32,000 nt of DNA, from contig DATMNJ010000170.1 in assembly GCA_035569175.1 (NCBI GenBank), forward strand, positions 1 to 32,000. Reading direction: 5' to 3'. Within the stretch, counting starts at the first letter, position 1; every line of letters begins with the position of its first letter. Below are positions 1 through 7,895 of this stretch, one piece after another. The DNA is from Thermoanaerobaculia bacterium (GTDB taxonomy: Bacteria > Acidobacteriota > Thermoanaerobaculia > UBA5066 > Gp7-AA6). The notes below the pieces were generated by a model. It saw only the letters and a list, made by a program, of their open reading frames with translations, was not told where the DNA came from and did no database searches. A program made the translations under genes and the position numbers.

Positions 1-1
1 G

Positions 2-805
2 TGCGGCGCGTGCTGGCACTGCCTCGTCGCCCGGGCGGCGACGCGCTGCCCGCACCGGCGCGTTTACGGCATTACGGCGCCGGCGAGCGACGGCCTGCTC
101 GGCGGCTGGTCCGAGCGGATCGAGATCCTGCCCGGCGTGCGGCTCGTGCCGCTCCCGGAAGGAATCGGCGCCGAGGATTTTCTCGGAGGCGGCTGCGGAC
201 TGCCGACCGGCTTTCATGCCGTCGAGCGGGCAGGCATCGCGATGGGAGACACGGTCGTCGTCCAGGGCAGCGGGCCGGTCGGCCTGAACGCCGCGATCTT
301 CGCTCAGCTGGCGGGGGCGCTGCGCGTCCTCGTGATCGGCTCGCCCCGGGCACGCCTGGACGCAGCGCGCCGGATCGGGGCCGAGGACACGCTCGACATC
401 GCCGACGTTCCGAACCCGGAAGAGCGTGTCCGGTGGGTCCGCGATCGGACGTCCGGCCGCGGCGCGGACGTCGTCATCGAAGCCTCCGGCAATCCGGCCG
501 CCGTGCCCGAGGGCCTCGAGATGCTGCGCGACGCGGGACGCTTCGTCGTCGTCGGCCAGTACACCGACGGCGGCGACGTTCTCGTGAACCCCCACCGCCA
601 CCTCAACCGCCGGCACGCAACGGTTCTCGGCTGCTGGGGCTACGAGTTCTCCCACCTCCACCGCGCGCTCGCGATGATGCGCCGGCACGACGCGCGCTTG
701 CGGTGGCGCGAGCTCGTCACCCGCGAGTACGCGCTGGCGGACGCCAACCAGGCGCTCGAGGACATGGAAAACCTGTCGGTGGTGAAAGCCCTGATCAGGC
801 CCTGA
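2..805 (+). CDS. Zn-dependent alcohol dehydrogenase / MDR-superfamily oxidoreductase, 5' end outside window
   Basis: Frame 2 is open from the window edge. Translation begins CGACWHCLVARAATRC (a four-Cys structural-zinc type cluster), continues through VVVQGSGPVGL (Rossmann GxGxxG) and ends at TGA 803-805. The ORF-track start at 137 lies inside the domain. Confidence 0.85.
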   Translation, partial: CGACWHCLVARAATRCPHRRVYGITAPASDGLLGGWSERIEILPGVRLVPLPEGIGAEDFLGGGCGLPTGFHAVERAGIAMGDTVVVQGSGPVGLNAAIFAQLAGALRVLVIGSPRARLDAARRIGAEDTLDIADVPNPEERVRWVRDRTSGRGADVVIEASGNPAAVPEGLEMLRDAGRFVVVGQYTDGGDVLVNPHRHLNRRHATVLGCWGYEFSHLHRALAMMRRHDARLRWRELVTREYALADANQALEDMENLSVVKALIRP

Positions 806-818
806 CCCGGCTCACACC

Positions 819-1472
819 TCAGAGCACTCCGCTTCCGTCCCGCTTGATCCAGTGCGGGTCCGGGACCCGAACGCCAAAGGCATGCGAGACGAAGCGCAGG
901 CCGACGATCGTCAGGAACGCCATCGACCCCGCGACGAAGGACGTGAGGCCGACGTGGACGGCGGCGATGTACACCCAGGCGCCCGCGAACGACGACACGG
1001 CGTAGAGCTCGCCCGGCCGGAACAGTACCGGGATCTCGATCGACGCGACGTCGCGCAGCACGCCGCCGAACGTCCCCGTGATCACGCCGATGAGCGACGA
1101 CACGAAGAGCGGCAGTCCCTTCTCGAGTGCGAACCCGACCCCCGTCAGGGTGAACAGCGCCAGCCCCATGGCGTCCACGAGAACGCCCTGCCGGTGCCAG
1201 CGGCTGGCCCGCGCATGAAACGGCCGGCTGTACACGAACGCCACGGACAGGGCGACGATGATGAGCAGGTACTGGTCGTGGCTCACCCAGAAGAAGGGCC
1301 GCCGATCGATCAAGAGATCGCGCAGCGTGCCTCCGCCGAACGCCGTCACGATGGCGAGGCAGTACGTCCCCACGATGTCCATGCGCTTGCGCGCCGCGGT
1401 GATCATGCCGGAGACCGCGCAGACGAGCACGGCCGTCGCTTCGAGCGCGGTGCTGACGGTGACGGGATTCAC
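819..1472 (-). CDS. TRIC-like cation channel membrane protein (UPF0126 / YadS-YicG family)
   Basis: This is the last 217 aa of the 327-aa track ORF. It has two UPF0126-type repeats (AVSGMITAARKRMDIVG..VTAFGGGTLRDLL and FTLTGVGFALEKGL..ITGTFGGVLRDV) and is polytopic. The upstream 110 aa are Arg/Pro junk overlapping the neighbouring gene, so I placed the start at GTG 1472 (VNPVTVSTALEA). No clear SD. Confidence 0.8.
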   Translation of the reverse strand: MNPVTVSTALEATAVLVCAVSGMITAARKRMDIVGTYCLAIVTAFGGGTLRDLLIDRRPFFWVSHDQYLLIIVALSVAFVYSRPFHARASRWHRQGVLVDAMGLALFTLTGVGFALEKGLPLFVSSLIGVITGTFGGVLRDVASIEIPVLFRPGELYAVSSFAGAWVYIAAVHVGLTSFVAGSMAFLTIVGLRFVSHAFGVRVPDPHWIKRDGSGVL

Positions 1473-1482
1473 GGAAGAAACA

Positions 1483-2040
1483 TTACCCCGGCCGCCGCAC
1501 CGGCGCGGGAGACTGCGGCGCGAGGACGGGGAACCCGTTCGGCCCGATCGGGGGCGGCGTCGAACCCGCCGCACCGGCGGGAGCGAGGATCGGAAATCCG
1601 TTCGGCCCGATCCGCGAGGGCGGGGGCGGCACGGGGGGCCGCGGCGGCACGTAACCGCCTCCTCCCCAATAGGACCCCGAGTATCCGTAGCCCTGATCCG
1701 CGGAGACAGGGTAGACGAGCTGGGATGCGTCGGTCGCCGGCGGCGCCACGAAGCCCGGGCCGGGAAGGGACGACCCGATGGAAATCTCCTGACCGGGCGC
1801 AAGTCCGGCGGGCTGCGGCGGCTCCTGCATGACGATGACTTTCTCGACCTCGGAGGCGGCGAGGCTCATGTAGACCCCGTCCGGGTAACGGTGGAAGAGC
1901 ATCACGCGGCCCTTCCGAACGGGCTCGTCCGCGGCATAAACCCGGGAACCGCCGCGCACCTCGAGGGCGTAATACGAGGAGGCAGACGCCAGAAAGGCGG
2001 CGAAAATCGAGGCGATGGTCAGGCAGGCTGCGCGTTCCAT
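1483..2040 (-). CDS. Secreted hypothetical protein with Pro/Gly-rich repeat C-terminus
   Basis: ATG 2040 is preceded by a G-rich SD-like run. The N-terminus MERAACLTIASIFAAFLASASS looks like a Sec signal peptide. A small globular region follows, then a Pro/Gly/Tyr-rich tail with two copies of IGPNGFP(I/V)LAP. Stop lies 10 nt before the TRIC-like gene start. No family recognised. Confidence 0.55.
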   Translation of the reverse strand: MERAACLTIASIFAAFLASASSYYALEVRGGSRVYAADEPVRKGRVMLFHRYPDGVYMSLAASEVEKVIVMQEPPQPAGLAPGQEISIGSSLPGPGFVAPPATDASQLVYPVSADQGYGYSGSYWGGGGYVPPRPPVPPPPSRIGPNGFPILAPAGAAGSTPPPIGPNGFPVLAPQSPAPVRRPG

Positions 2041-2107
2041 GGGATCCCCCCAGGCCCTTGGGCCGACAGGGCCAATGGTATAGACTTAGGGGTCTGGGCG
2101 GAACAGG

Positions 2108-2119
2108 GCCGTATACGGC
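2108..2119. promoter_or_regulatory. Perfect 12-bp palindrome GCCGTATACGGC in the shc upstream region (candidate operator)
   Basis: The palindrome sits in the 135-nt divergent intergenic region 2041-2175, 57 nt upstream of the shc ATG. An extended -10-like TGGTATAGA lies at 2076-2084, upstream of the palindrome. The AT-rich core GTATAC stands out in this GC-rich DNA. Function is not demonstrated. Confidence 0.3.
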
Positions 2120-2175
2120 ACTGCTGGTGGGGTACCCGCCCAATTCCATCGTCGGCACATCGAGGATCGAAGAGT

Positions 2176-4188
2176 ATGTCAGTCGGAAATGACTCCGGCT
2201 CCGGGCCTGCCAGCGTCCGGACCGACAAAACCCGAACCTCGGTAGAGAACGCCGTCCAGGCGGCAAAGCGCTATCTCCTGGCCACCCAGGCCCCGGACGG
2301 CCACTGGGTCGGCGAGCTCGAGGGCGACACGATCCTCGAGTCCGAATACATCCTGACCATGCACTTCCTGGGACGCACGTCCGAGGAACGCGTCCGCAAG
2401 ACCGCCGAACACCTGCGGCGCAAGCAGCTGCCGGGCGGGGGCTGGGCGATCTACGAGGGTGGTCCGGCCGAGGTGAGCTCCTCGGTCAAGGCGTACTTCG
2501 TCCTGAAGCTCATGGGCGACGACCCGAACGCGCCGCACATGGTCCGGACGCGCGAGACGATTCTTTCGCTCGGCGGCATCGAGGCGTGCAACTCCTTCAC
2601 GCGGATTTATCTCGCCATCTTCGGACAGTGCTCCTGGGACGACACGCCCGCCGTGCCTCCCGAGATCATGCTGCTGCCCGAGAACTTCATCTTCAACATC
2701 TACAAGATGTCCTCCTGGTCGCGCGGCATCGTCGTGCCGCTCTCGGTCATCTGGGCGTCCAAGCCCTCCTGCCCGGTCCCGGACCACGCGGCGATCCCGG
2801 AGCTGCACGTTCCGCGCCCCGAGGTCCACGTCGCGCGCGGCCGCCGGGAGCGCTTCTGGCGCGGATTCTTCACCCGCGTGGACCACTGGTTCAAACGGGC
2901 CGAGGCCGCCGGCTTCACTCCCCTGCGCAAGAAGGCCCTCGCGGCCTGCGAGGCCTGGATCCATGAGCGCCTGGCAAAGTCCGACGGGCTCGGCGCGATC
3001 TTCCCGCCCATCATCAACACCATCATCGCGTTCCGCTGTCTTGGGTACGCGATGGACGACTCGCGCTTGGTCGCCCAGATCCGGGAGCTCGAGCGGCTCG
3101 AGCTCGAGGACGAGGAGACGCTGCACGTGCAGCCCTGCTTCTCGCCCATCTGGGACACGGCCCTGGTCATCGAGGCGCTGTCCGACGCCGGTGCGCCGGC
3201 CGACGACCCGGCCCTGCTCAAGGCCGGACGCTGGCTCCTCGACCACGAGGTCAAGGAGGTCGGCGACTGGAAGAAGGCCTGCCCCGCGGCCGAGCCCGGC
3301 GGCTGGTACTTCGAGTACGCCAACGAGTGGTACCCCGACACCGACGACACGGCCGAGGTGCTGACCGCCCTGTCGAAAGTCAAATTCCCCGGGGAATCCG
3401 AGGACCTCGCGCGCCAGGGCGCGGTCGCCCGCGGCCAGGCCTGGATGCTCGCGATGCAGAACCGGGACGGGGGCTGGGGTGCCTTCGACAAGGACTGCGA
3501 CAACGAGGTCCTGACCTACATCCCCTTCGCCGACCACAACGCCATGATCGACCCGAGCTGCGAGGACATCACCGGCCGCGCCCTCGAAGCCTTCCACGCG
3601 ACCGGGATCCCGGCCGGGCACCCGGCCGTCCGGCGCGCCGCCGCGTTCATCGACGGCAAGCAGCTTCCCGACGGGACCTGGTACGGCCGCTGGGGCTGCA
3701 ACTACATCTACGGCTCGTTCCTCGCGCTGCGGGGCCTCCTGCACGCCGGCGAGGACATGCGGCAGCCGCGGTTCCAGCAGACGGCCGACTGGATCCGCGC
3801 CCACCAGAACGCGGACGGCGGCTGGGGCGAGCTGCCGCACTCCTACGACGATCCAACGACCAAGGGCCAGGGCCCCTCGACGCCGTCCCAGACGGGATGG
3901 GCGCTCGTCGCCCTCTTCGCCACGGGCGACCGCGACTCCGCGGCGGTTCGCCGCGGCGTCGACTATCTGCTCTCCAAGCAGCAGTACGACGGGTCCTGGA
4001 AGGACGACCATTGGACCGCCACCGGCTTCCCGAAGGTCTTCTATCTCCGCTACCACCTCTATGCCACCGTTTTCCCGTTGCGCGCGCTCGCCCTCTACAC
4101 GCGCGAGGCTGCGGCGGGCCAGAAGAACCGGATCGAACTCGGCGCCGGCGCCCTCGCCCCGCGCAATTCCGACCACGGAGTGAACTGA
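2176..4188 (+). CDS. shc: Squalene-hopene cyclase
   Basis: Start is ATG 2176 (MSVGNDSG..), not track start 1258, whose upstream part is junk overlapping opposite-strand genes. The catalytic DxDD motif YPDTDDTAEV is present (DTDD at 3337-3348). Several QW repeats are present (RKQLPGGGWAIYEG, AMQNRDGGWGAF, GKQLPDGTWYGRWG, AHQNADGGWGE, SKQQYDGSWKD). 670 aa. Confidence 0.97.
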   Translation: MSVGNDSGSGPASVRTDKTRTSVENAVQAAKRYLLATQAPDGHWVGELEGDTILESEYILTMHFLGRTSEERVRKTAEHLRRKQLPGGGWAIYEGGPAEVSSSVKAYFVLKLMGDDPNAPHMVRTRETILSLGGIEACNSFTRIYLAIFGQCSWDDTPAVPPEIMLLPENFIFNIYKMSSWSRGIVVPLSVIWASKPSCPVPDHAAIPELHVPRPEVHVARGRRERFWRGFFTRVDHWFKRAEAAGFTPLRKKALAACEAWIHERLAKSDGLGAIFPPIINTIIAFRCLGYAMDDSRLVAQIRELERLELEDEETLHVQPCFSPIWDTALVIEALSDAGAPADDPALLKAGRWLLDHEVKEVGDWKKACPAAEPGGWYFEYANEWYPDTDDTAEVLTALSKVKFPGESEDLARQGAVARGQAWMLAMQNRDGGWGAFDKDCDNEVLTYIPFADHNAMIDPSCEDITGRALEAFHATGIPAGHPAVRRAAAFIDGKQLPDGTWYGRWGCNYIYGSFLALRGLLHAGEDMRQPRFQQTADWIRAHQNADGGWGELPHSYDDPTTKGQGPSTPSQTGWALVALFATGDRDSAAVRRGVDYLLSKQQYDGSWKDDHWTATGFPKVFYLRYHLYATVFPLRALALYTREAAAGQKNRIELGAGALAPRNSDHGVN

Positions 4189-5190
4189 ATGCGATTTCCC
4201 GTCCACATGATGACCGACAACATCCAGCTCCAGGTGCGCAACGCCATCCAGGGGAACAAGCGCTATCCGTTCGTGCTGATGCTCGAGCCCCTCTACACGT
4301 GCAACCTCGCGTGCATCGGCTGCGCAATCGAGCGTCACACCGGGAAGTTGAAGGACCGGCTGCCGCTCGAGAAATGCATCGAGGCGGTCGAGCGGTCTCA
4401 GGCGCCCGTCGTGTCGATCTGCGGCGGCGAACCCACGATCTACCCCGAGTTGCCCCAGCTGGTGGACGAGATCATCAAGCGCAAGCGCCACATCATCCTG
4501 TGCACCAACGGCCTTCTGCTCGACGAGAACCTCTACGGCACGATCGCGCCGCACAAGCGCCTCCAGATCAACGTCCACCTCGACGGGATGAAGGCGACGC
4601 ACGACTACGTCTGCGCCCGCGACGGCGTCTTCGACAAGGCGATCGCGATGATCAAGGAAGGCGTCAAGCTCGGCCACCACATGATGGCCAACACGACGAT
4701 CTTCAAGGAGACCTCGATGGACGAGGTCGAGGAGCTCTGCAAGCTGCTGACCGACCTCGGCGTCGAGGGCATGCTGGTCTCGCCCGGCTACCAGTACGAG
4801 TCGGTGGACACGGACATCTTCCTCTCGCGCTCGGAGATGCAGCAGAAGTTCCGCCGGGTCCTCGACATCTCGAGGAAGTACAAGCTGACCTCGACCCCGA
4901 TGTTCCTCGAGTTCGCCGCGGGCCTGCGCGACTACAAGTGCTCGCCCTGGTCCACCGTGACCTACACGCCCAACGGCTGGAAGGGCCCCTGCTACCTGAT
5001 CGGCAAGACCTGGTCGCCCACGTTCGACGAGTTCTGGAACGGGACGGACTGGGAGTATTGGGAGTCGCGGCAGGACCCGCTCTGCAAGAACTGCGCGATG
5101 CACTCGGGCTTCGAGGCGTCCGTCGTCCGCGAGCTGCCCAAGCATCCCGGCGACATGGTGCGCATGATCGCGTGGAACCTGGCCGCGTAA
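4189..5190 (+). CDS. hpnH: Adenosyl-hopene transferase, radical SAM
   Basis: Radical-SAM CxxxCxxC motif (YTCNLACIGCAI, 4300-4323). The ATG abuts the shc stop (TGAATG), with GGAG 8 nt upstream. The Cys/Trp-rich C-terminal region (CSPWSTVTYTPNGWKGPCYL..CKNCAMHSGFE) is typical of HpnH. The position directly after shc matches known hopanoid clusters. Confidence 0.92.
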   Translation: MRFPVHMMTDNIQLQVRNAIQGNKRYPFVLMLEPLYTCNLACIGCAIERHTGKLKDRLPLEKCIEAVERSQAPVVSICGGEPTIYPELPQLVDEIIKRKRHIILCTNGLLLDENLYGTIAPHKRLQINVHLDGMKATHDYVCARDGVFDKAIAMIKEGVKLGHHMMANTTIFKETSMDEVEELCKLLTDLGVEGMLVSPGYQYESVDTDIFLSRSEMQQKFRRVLDISRKYKLTSTPMFLEFAAGLRDYKCSPWSTVTYTPNGWKGPCYLIGKTWSPTFDEFWNGTDWEYWESRQDPLCKNCAMHSGFEASVVRELPKHPGDMVRMIAWNLAA

Positions 5191-5216
5191 GAGACACGGG
5201 GCTCCCCTCACCCCAA

Positions 5217-5237
5217 CCCTCTCCCGCCGGGAGAGGG
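5217..5237 (+). terminator. GC-rich hairpin (9-bp stem CCCTCTCCC / GGGAGAGGG, 3-nt loop) after hpnH; REP-like, no U-tract
   Basis: Stem 5217-5225 pairs perfectly with 5229-5237. The hairpin lies 27 nt after the hpnH stop in the 86-nt gap before hpnA. No T-run follows, so it is not a canonical intrinsic terminator. Confidence 0.3.
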
Positions 5238-5276
5238 AGCAGGGCCCGGCGCCGATCGGCGGACACGCAATAAGCC

Positions 5277-6263
5277 ATGGATCTGGTCACCGGCGGCACC
5301 GGTTTCGTAGGCTCTCACGTCGTGCGCGCCTTGCTCGCGCAGGGGCGATCCGTGCGCTGCCTCGCGCGCGCCGAGAGCCGCCGCGACAACCTCGACGGAC
5401 TGCCGGTCGAGATCGCGACCGGCGATTTGACCGACGCCGCCTCGCTGACGCAGGCCATGTCGGGGGTGCACACGCTCTACCATGTCGCCGCCGACTACCG
5501 GCTGTGGGCCCGGGATCCTCAGGAGCTCTACCTCGCCAACGCCGGCGGCACGGAGAACGCCCTGGCGGCGGCGGCGGCCGCGGGTGTGGCGAAGGTCGTC
5601 TGCACCAGCTCGGTCGCGGCGCTGGGCCTGACGGCCGACGGCTCCCCCGGCGACGAGACGACGCCCGTCGTCCGCGACCGGATCATCGGCCACTACAAGA
5701 AGTCCAAGTTCGACGCCGAGCGTGTCGCCGACCGCTGGGCGGCGCAGGGCCTTCCCGTCGTGATCGTCAACCCTTCGACGCCGATCGGCGAGCGCGACAT
5801 CAAGCCCACACCGACCGGGCAACTCATCGTGGACTTCCTGAACCGCCGCCTGCCCGCCTACGTGGACACGGGCTTGAACCTCGTGGACGTGCGCGACGTC
5901 GCCGCAGGCCACCTCGCGGCGGCCGAGCGGGGCAAGACGGGCGAGCGATATATCCTCGGCAACCGCAACATGACGCTCAAGGAAATCCTCGACGCCCTGG
6001 CCGGCCTGACGGGCCTGTCCGCACCGAGCGTGCGCCTGCCGCACTGGATTCCGCTCGCGGCGGCGGCCGTCGCAACCGGCGTCGCCCGCGTCACGGGCCG
6101 CGCTCCGCGCGTCTCGCTCGAGAGCGTGCGGATGTCCACGCACCGGATGTTCTTCGACGCGAGCAAGGCGGTGCGCGAGCTGGGGCTTCCGCAGACCCCC
6201 GTCGAGGAGCCGCTCGCCCGCGCGGTCGCCTGGTTCCGCGCGAAGGGCTATGTCCGGGGGTGA
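5277..6263 (+). CDS. hpnA: Hopanoid-associated NAD-dependent sugar epimerase/dehydratase (extended SDR)
   Basis: Contains the N-terminal Rossmann motif VTGGTGFVGSHVV and the catalytic YxxxK (HYKKSK). 328 aa. Located between hpnH and hpnG. Confidence 0.85.
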   Translation: MDLVTGGTGFVGSHVVRALLAQGRSVRCLARAESRRDNLDGLPVEIATGDLTDAASLTQAMSGVHTLYHVAADYRLWARDPQELYLANAGGTENALAAAAAAGVAKVVCTSSVAALGLTADGSPGDETTPVVRDRIIGHYKKSKFDAERVADRWAAQGLPVVIVNPSTPIGERDIKPTPTGQLIVDFLNRRLPAYVDTGLNLVDVRDVAAGHLAAAERGKTGERYILGNRNMTLKEILDALAGLTGLSAPSVRLPHWIPLAAAAVATGVARVTGRAPRVSLESVRMSTHRMFFDASKAVRELGLPQTPVEEPLARAVAWFRAKGYVRG

Positions 6264-6987
6264 GGCCCGGCCGGTCGCGATCGTCACCGCGATCCCCGAA
6301 GAGCTCGACGCGATCCTCGTCCGCGCCCGGGACGTGCGCCGCGATGCCCGCGGGTTTTTCGTGGGACGCCTCGGCTCGATCGGCGTCGTGCTCGCGGCGA
6401 CGGGCGATGGTGCCGTGCGAGCCGGGCGCGGCGCCGCCGCCCTCTGCGACGCGCACCACCCGAGGGTTCTCGTCGGAATGGGTGTCGCCGGCGCGCTTTC
6501 GGACGACCTTTCGGTCTTCGACATCGTGGCCGCTCGACACGTCCGCGACGCGAGCGCCGAGGCTCCCCCTCCCGACGCGGCCCTGCTCGCCCGCGCCCTC
6601 GCGATCCCCGGAGCGCGGGAGGCGACCCTCGTGACGTCGGCTGGACCCGTCGTGAGCCCCGCGGCCAAGGCGGCCCTAGCCGCCGCCGCCGGAAGCGCGA
6701 CCGCGGCCGTCGACATGGAATCCGCGGCGTGGGCGCGCGCGGCCGCGGACCGGCAGATTCCCTACGCGATCCTCCGCATCATCTCGGACGGACCCCACGA
6801 GGATCTGCCCGGATATCTTCCGGATTGCATGGACGCGGAGGGAAGCATCCGGAGGGCGGCCGTGGCGCTGCGGGCCATCGCCCGGCCGTGGTCGATCCCG
6901 AGGCTCGTCGCGATGCGCGATCGCGTGCGCGAAGCGACCGCGCGCCTAGCGGCCTTCGTCGAGCACTTCGTGGGCGCGGAGGCCTGA
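6250..6987 (+). CDS. hpnG: Hopanoid-associated nucleoside phosphorylase-family enzyme (adenosylhopane nucleosidase type)
   Basis: PNP/MTA-nucleosidase fold motifs are present (VAIVTAIPEELDA.., GMGVAGAL, AVDMESAAWARAA..ILRIISDG). The ATG at 6250 overlaps the hpnA end by 14 nt. Confidence 0.85.
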   Translation: MSGGEARPVAIVTAIPEELDAILVRARDVRRDARGFFVGRLGSIGVVLAATGDGAVRAGRGAAALCDAHHPRVLVGMGVAGALSDDLSVFDIVAARHVRDASAEAPPPDAALLARALAIPGAREATLVTSAGPVVSPAAKAALAAAAGSATAAVDMESAAWARAAADRQIPYAILRIISDGPHEDLPGYLPDCMDAEGSIRRAAVALRAIARPWSIPRLVAMRDRVREATARLAAFVEHFVGAEA

Positions 6988-7880
6988 TGGCCGACCTCGA
7001 ACGGCTCCTCGAAAAGACCAGCCGCACCTTCGCGCTGTCGATCCCGGTCCTGCCCGAGCCGACGCGGCGCGAGGTGATGATCGCGTACCTGCTCTTCCGC
7101 ATCGCCGACACCTTCGAAGACGCGGCGCACTGGGCCCCGGCGGAGCGCATCGCCGCGCTGACCGAGTTCAACGAGCTCCTGCGATCGCCCTCGCGCGAGA
7201 AGGCCGAGCGCCTCTCTCGCGACTGGGTCGAGCGCAGGGTCGCCCACCACGCCGGCTACCAGGAGCTCATGGCCCAGACGCCGTTCGTCCTCGACGCCTT
7301 CTTCGCGCTGTCGCCGGGGGCGATTGCGCCGATCCGCGAGCACGTCATCCGGTCCGCCGACGGGATGGCGTCGATCGTCTCGCGCACGCGGGACGGCGCC
7401 CTGACGCTCCACTCGATCCAGGAGCTCAAGGACTATTGCTATCTCGTGGCCGGCATCGTCGGCGAGATGCTCTCGGAGCTCTTCTTGCTCGACCGCGCCG
7501 AGCTCGCGCCCGTGGCCGGCTTCCTGCGCGAGCGCGCGGCCACGTTCGGCGAGGCGCTGCAGCTGGTCAACATCCTGAAGGACTCGGCCGGCGACGCGGA
7601 GGAAGGGCGCCGCTACCTGCCGGAGGAGGCCCCGGTTTCGGAGGTCTTCGCCCTCGCCCGCCGCGATCTCGGCGTCGCGGGCGAGTACATCCGCGCGCTC
7701 CAGAAGGCGAACGCGCAACGCGGCATCATCGAGTTCACGGCGCTGCCGGTCCGCCTCGCCTGGGCCGCGCTGGAGAAGGTCGAGACGAGCGGCCCGGGTT
7801 CGAAGGTCTCGAGACCCGAAGTCTTCCTGATCGTTCAGAAGCTGAAGCGGGCGCTCGACCGAGACGAGCCGGCAGTCTAG
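6987..7880 (+). CDS. sqs: Squalene synthase, eukaryote-like Sqs type (farnesyl-diphosphate farnesyltransferase)
   Basis: Start is ATG 6987 (MADLERLLEKTSRTFALSI..), overlapping the hpnG stop (TGATG), with GGAGG upstream. TSRTFALSIPVL..YLLFRIADTFED aligns by eye with the TSRSFAAVIQAL..YLVLRALDTLED block of human SQS. The second Asp-rich region is NILKDSAGDAEEGRRYLP. 297 aa. The track ORF start 6729 lies inside hpnG. Confidence 0.88.
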   Translation: MADLERLLEKTSRTFALSIPVLPEPTRREVMIAYLLFRIADTFEDAAHWAPAERIAALTEFNELLRSPSREKAERLSRDWVERRVAHHAGYQELMAQTPFVLDAFFALSPGAIAPIREHVIRSADGMASIVSRTRDGALTLHSIQELKDYCYLVAGIVGEMLSELFLLDRAELAPVAGFLRERAATFGEALQLVNILKDSAGDAEEGRRYLPEEAPVSEVFALARRDLGVAGEYIRALQKANAQRGIIEFTALPVRLAWAALEKVETSGPGSKVSRPEVFLIVQKLKRALDRDEPAV

Positions 7881-7895
7881 ACCTGCCGTCCGAGG

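Noticed and set aside
1258-2175. N-terminal 306-aa extension of the shc ORF (track start 1258)
   Set aside because: The extension is Arg-rich with no SHC homology. It overlaps two credible opposite-strand genes and the intergenic promoter region. The SHC homology begins right after ATG 2176.
2179-5211. 1010-aa ORF on the minus strand spanning all of shc and hpnH
   Set aside because: It is antisense to two genes with unambiguous catalytic motifs. Its translation is low-complexity Arg/Gly/Ala/Val/Asp-rich with no recognisable domain. This is the expected stop-codon-poor antisense artefact of very high GC3.
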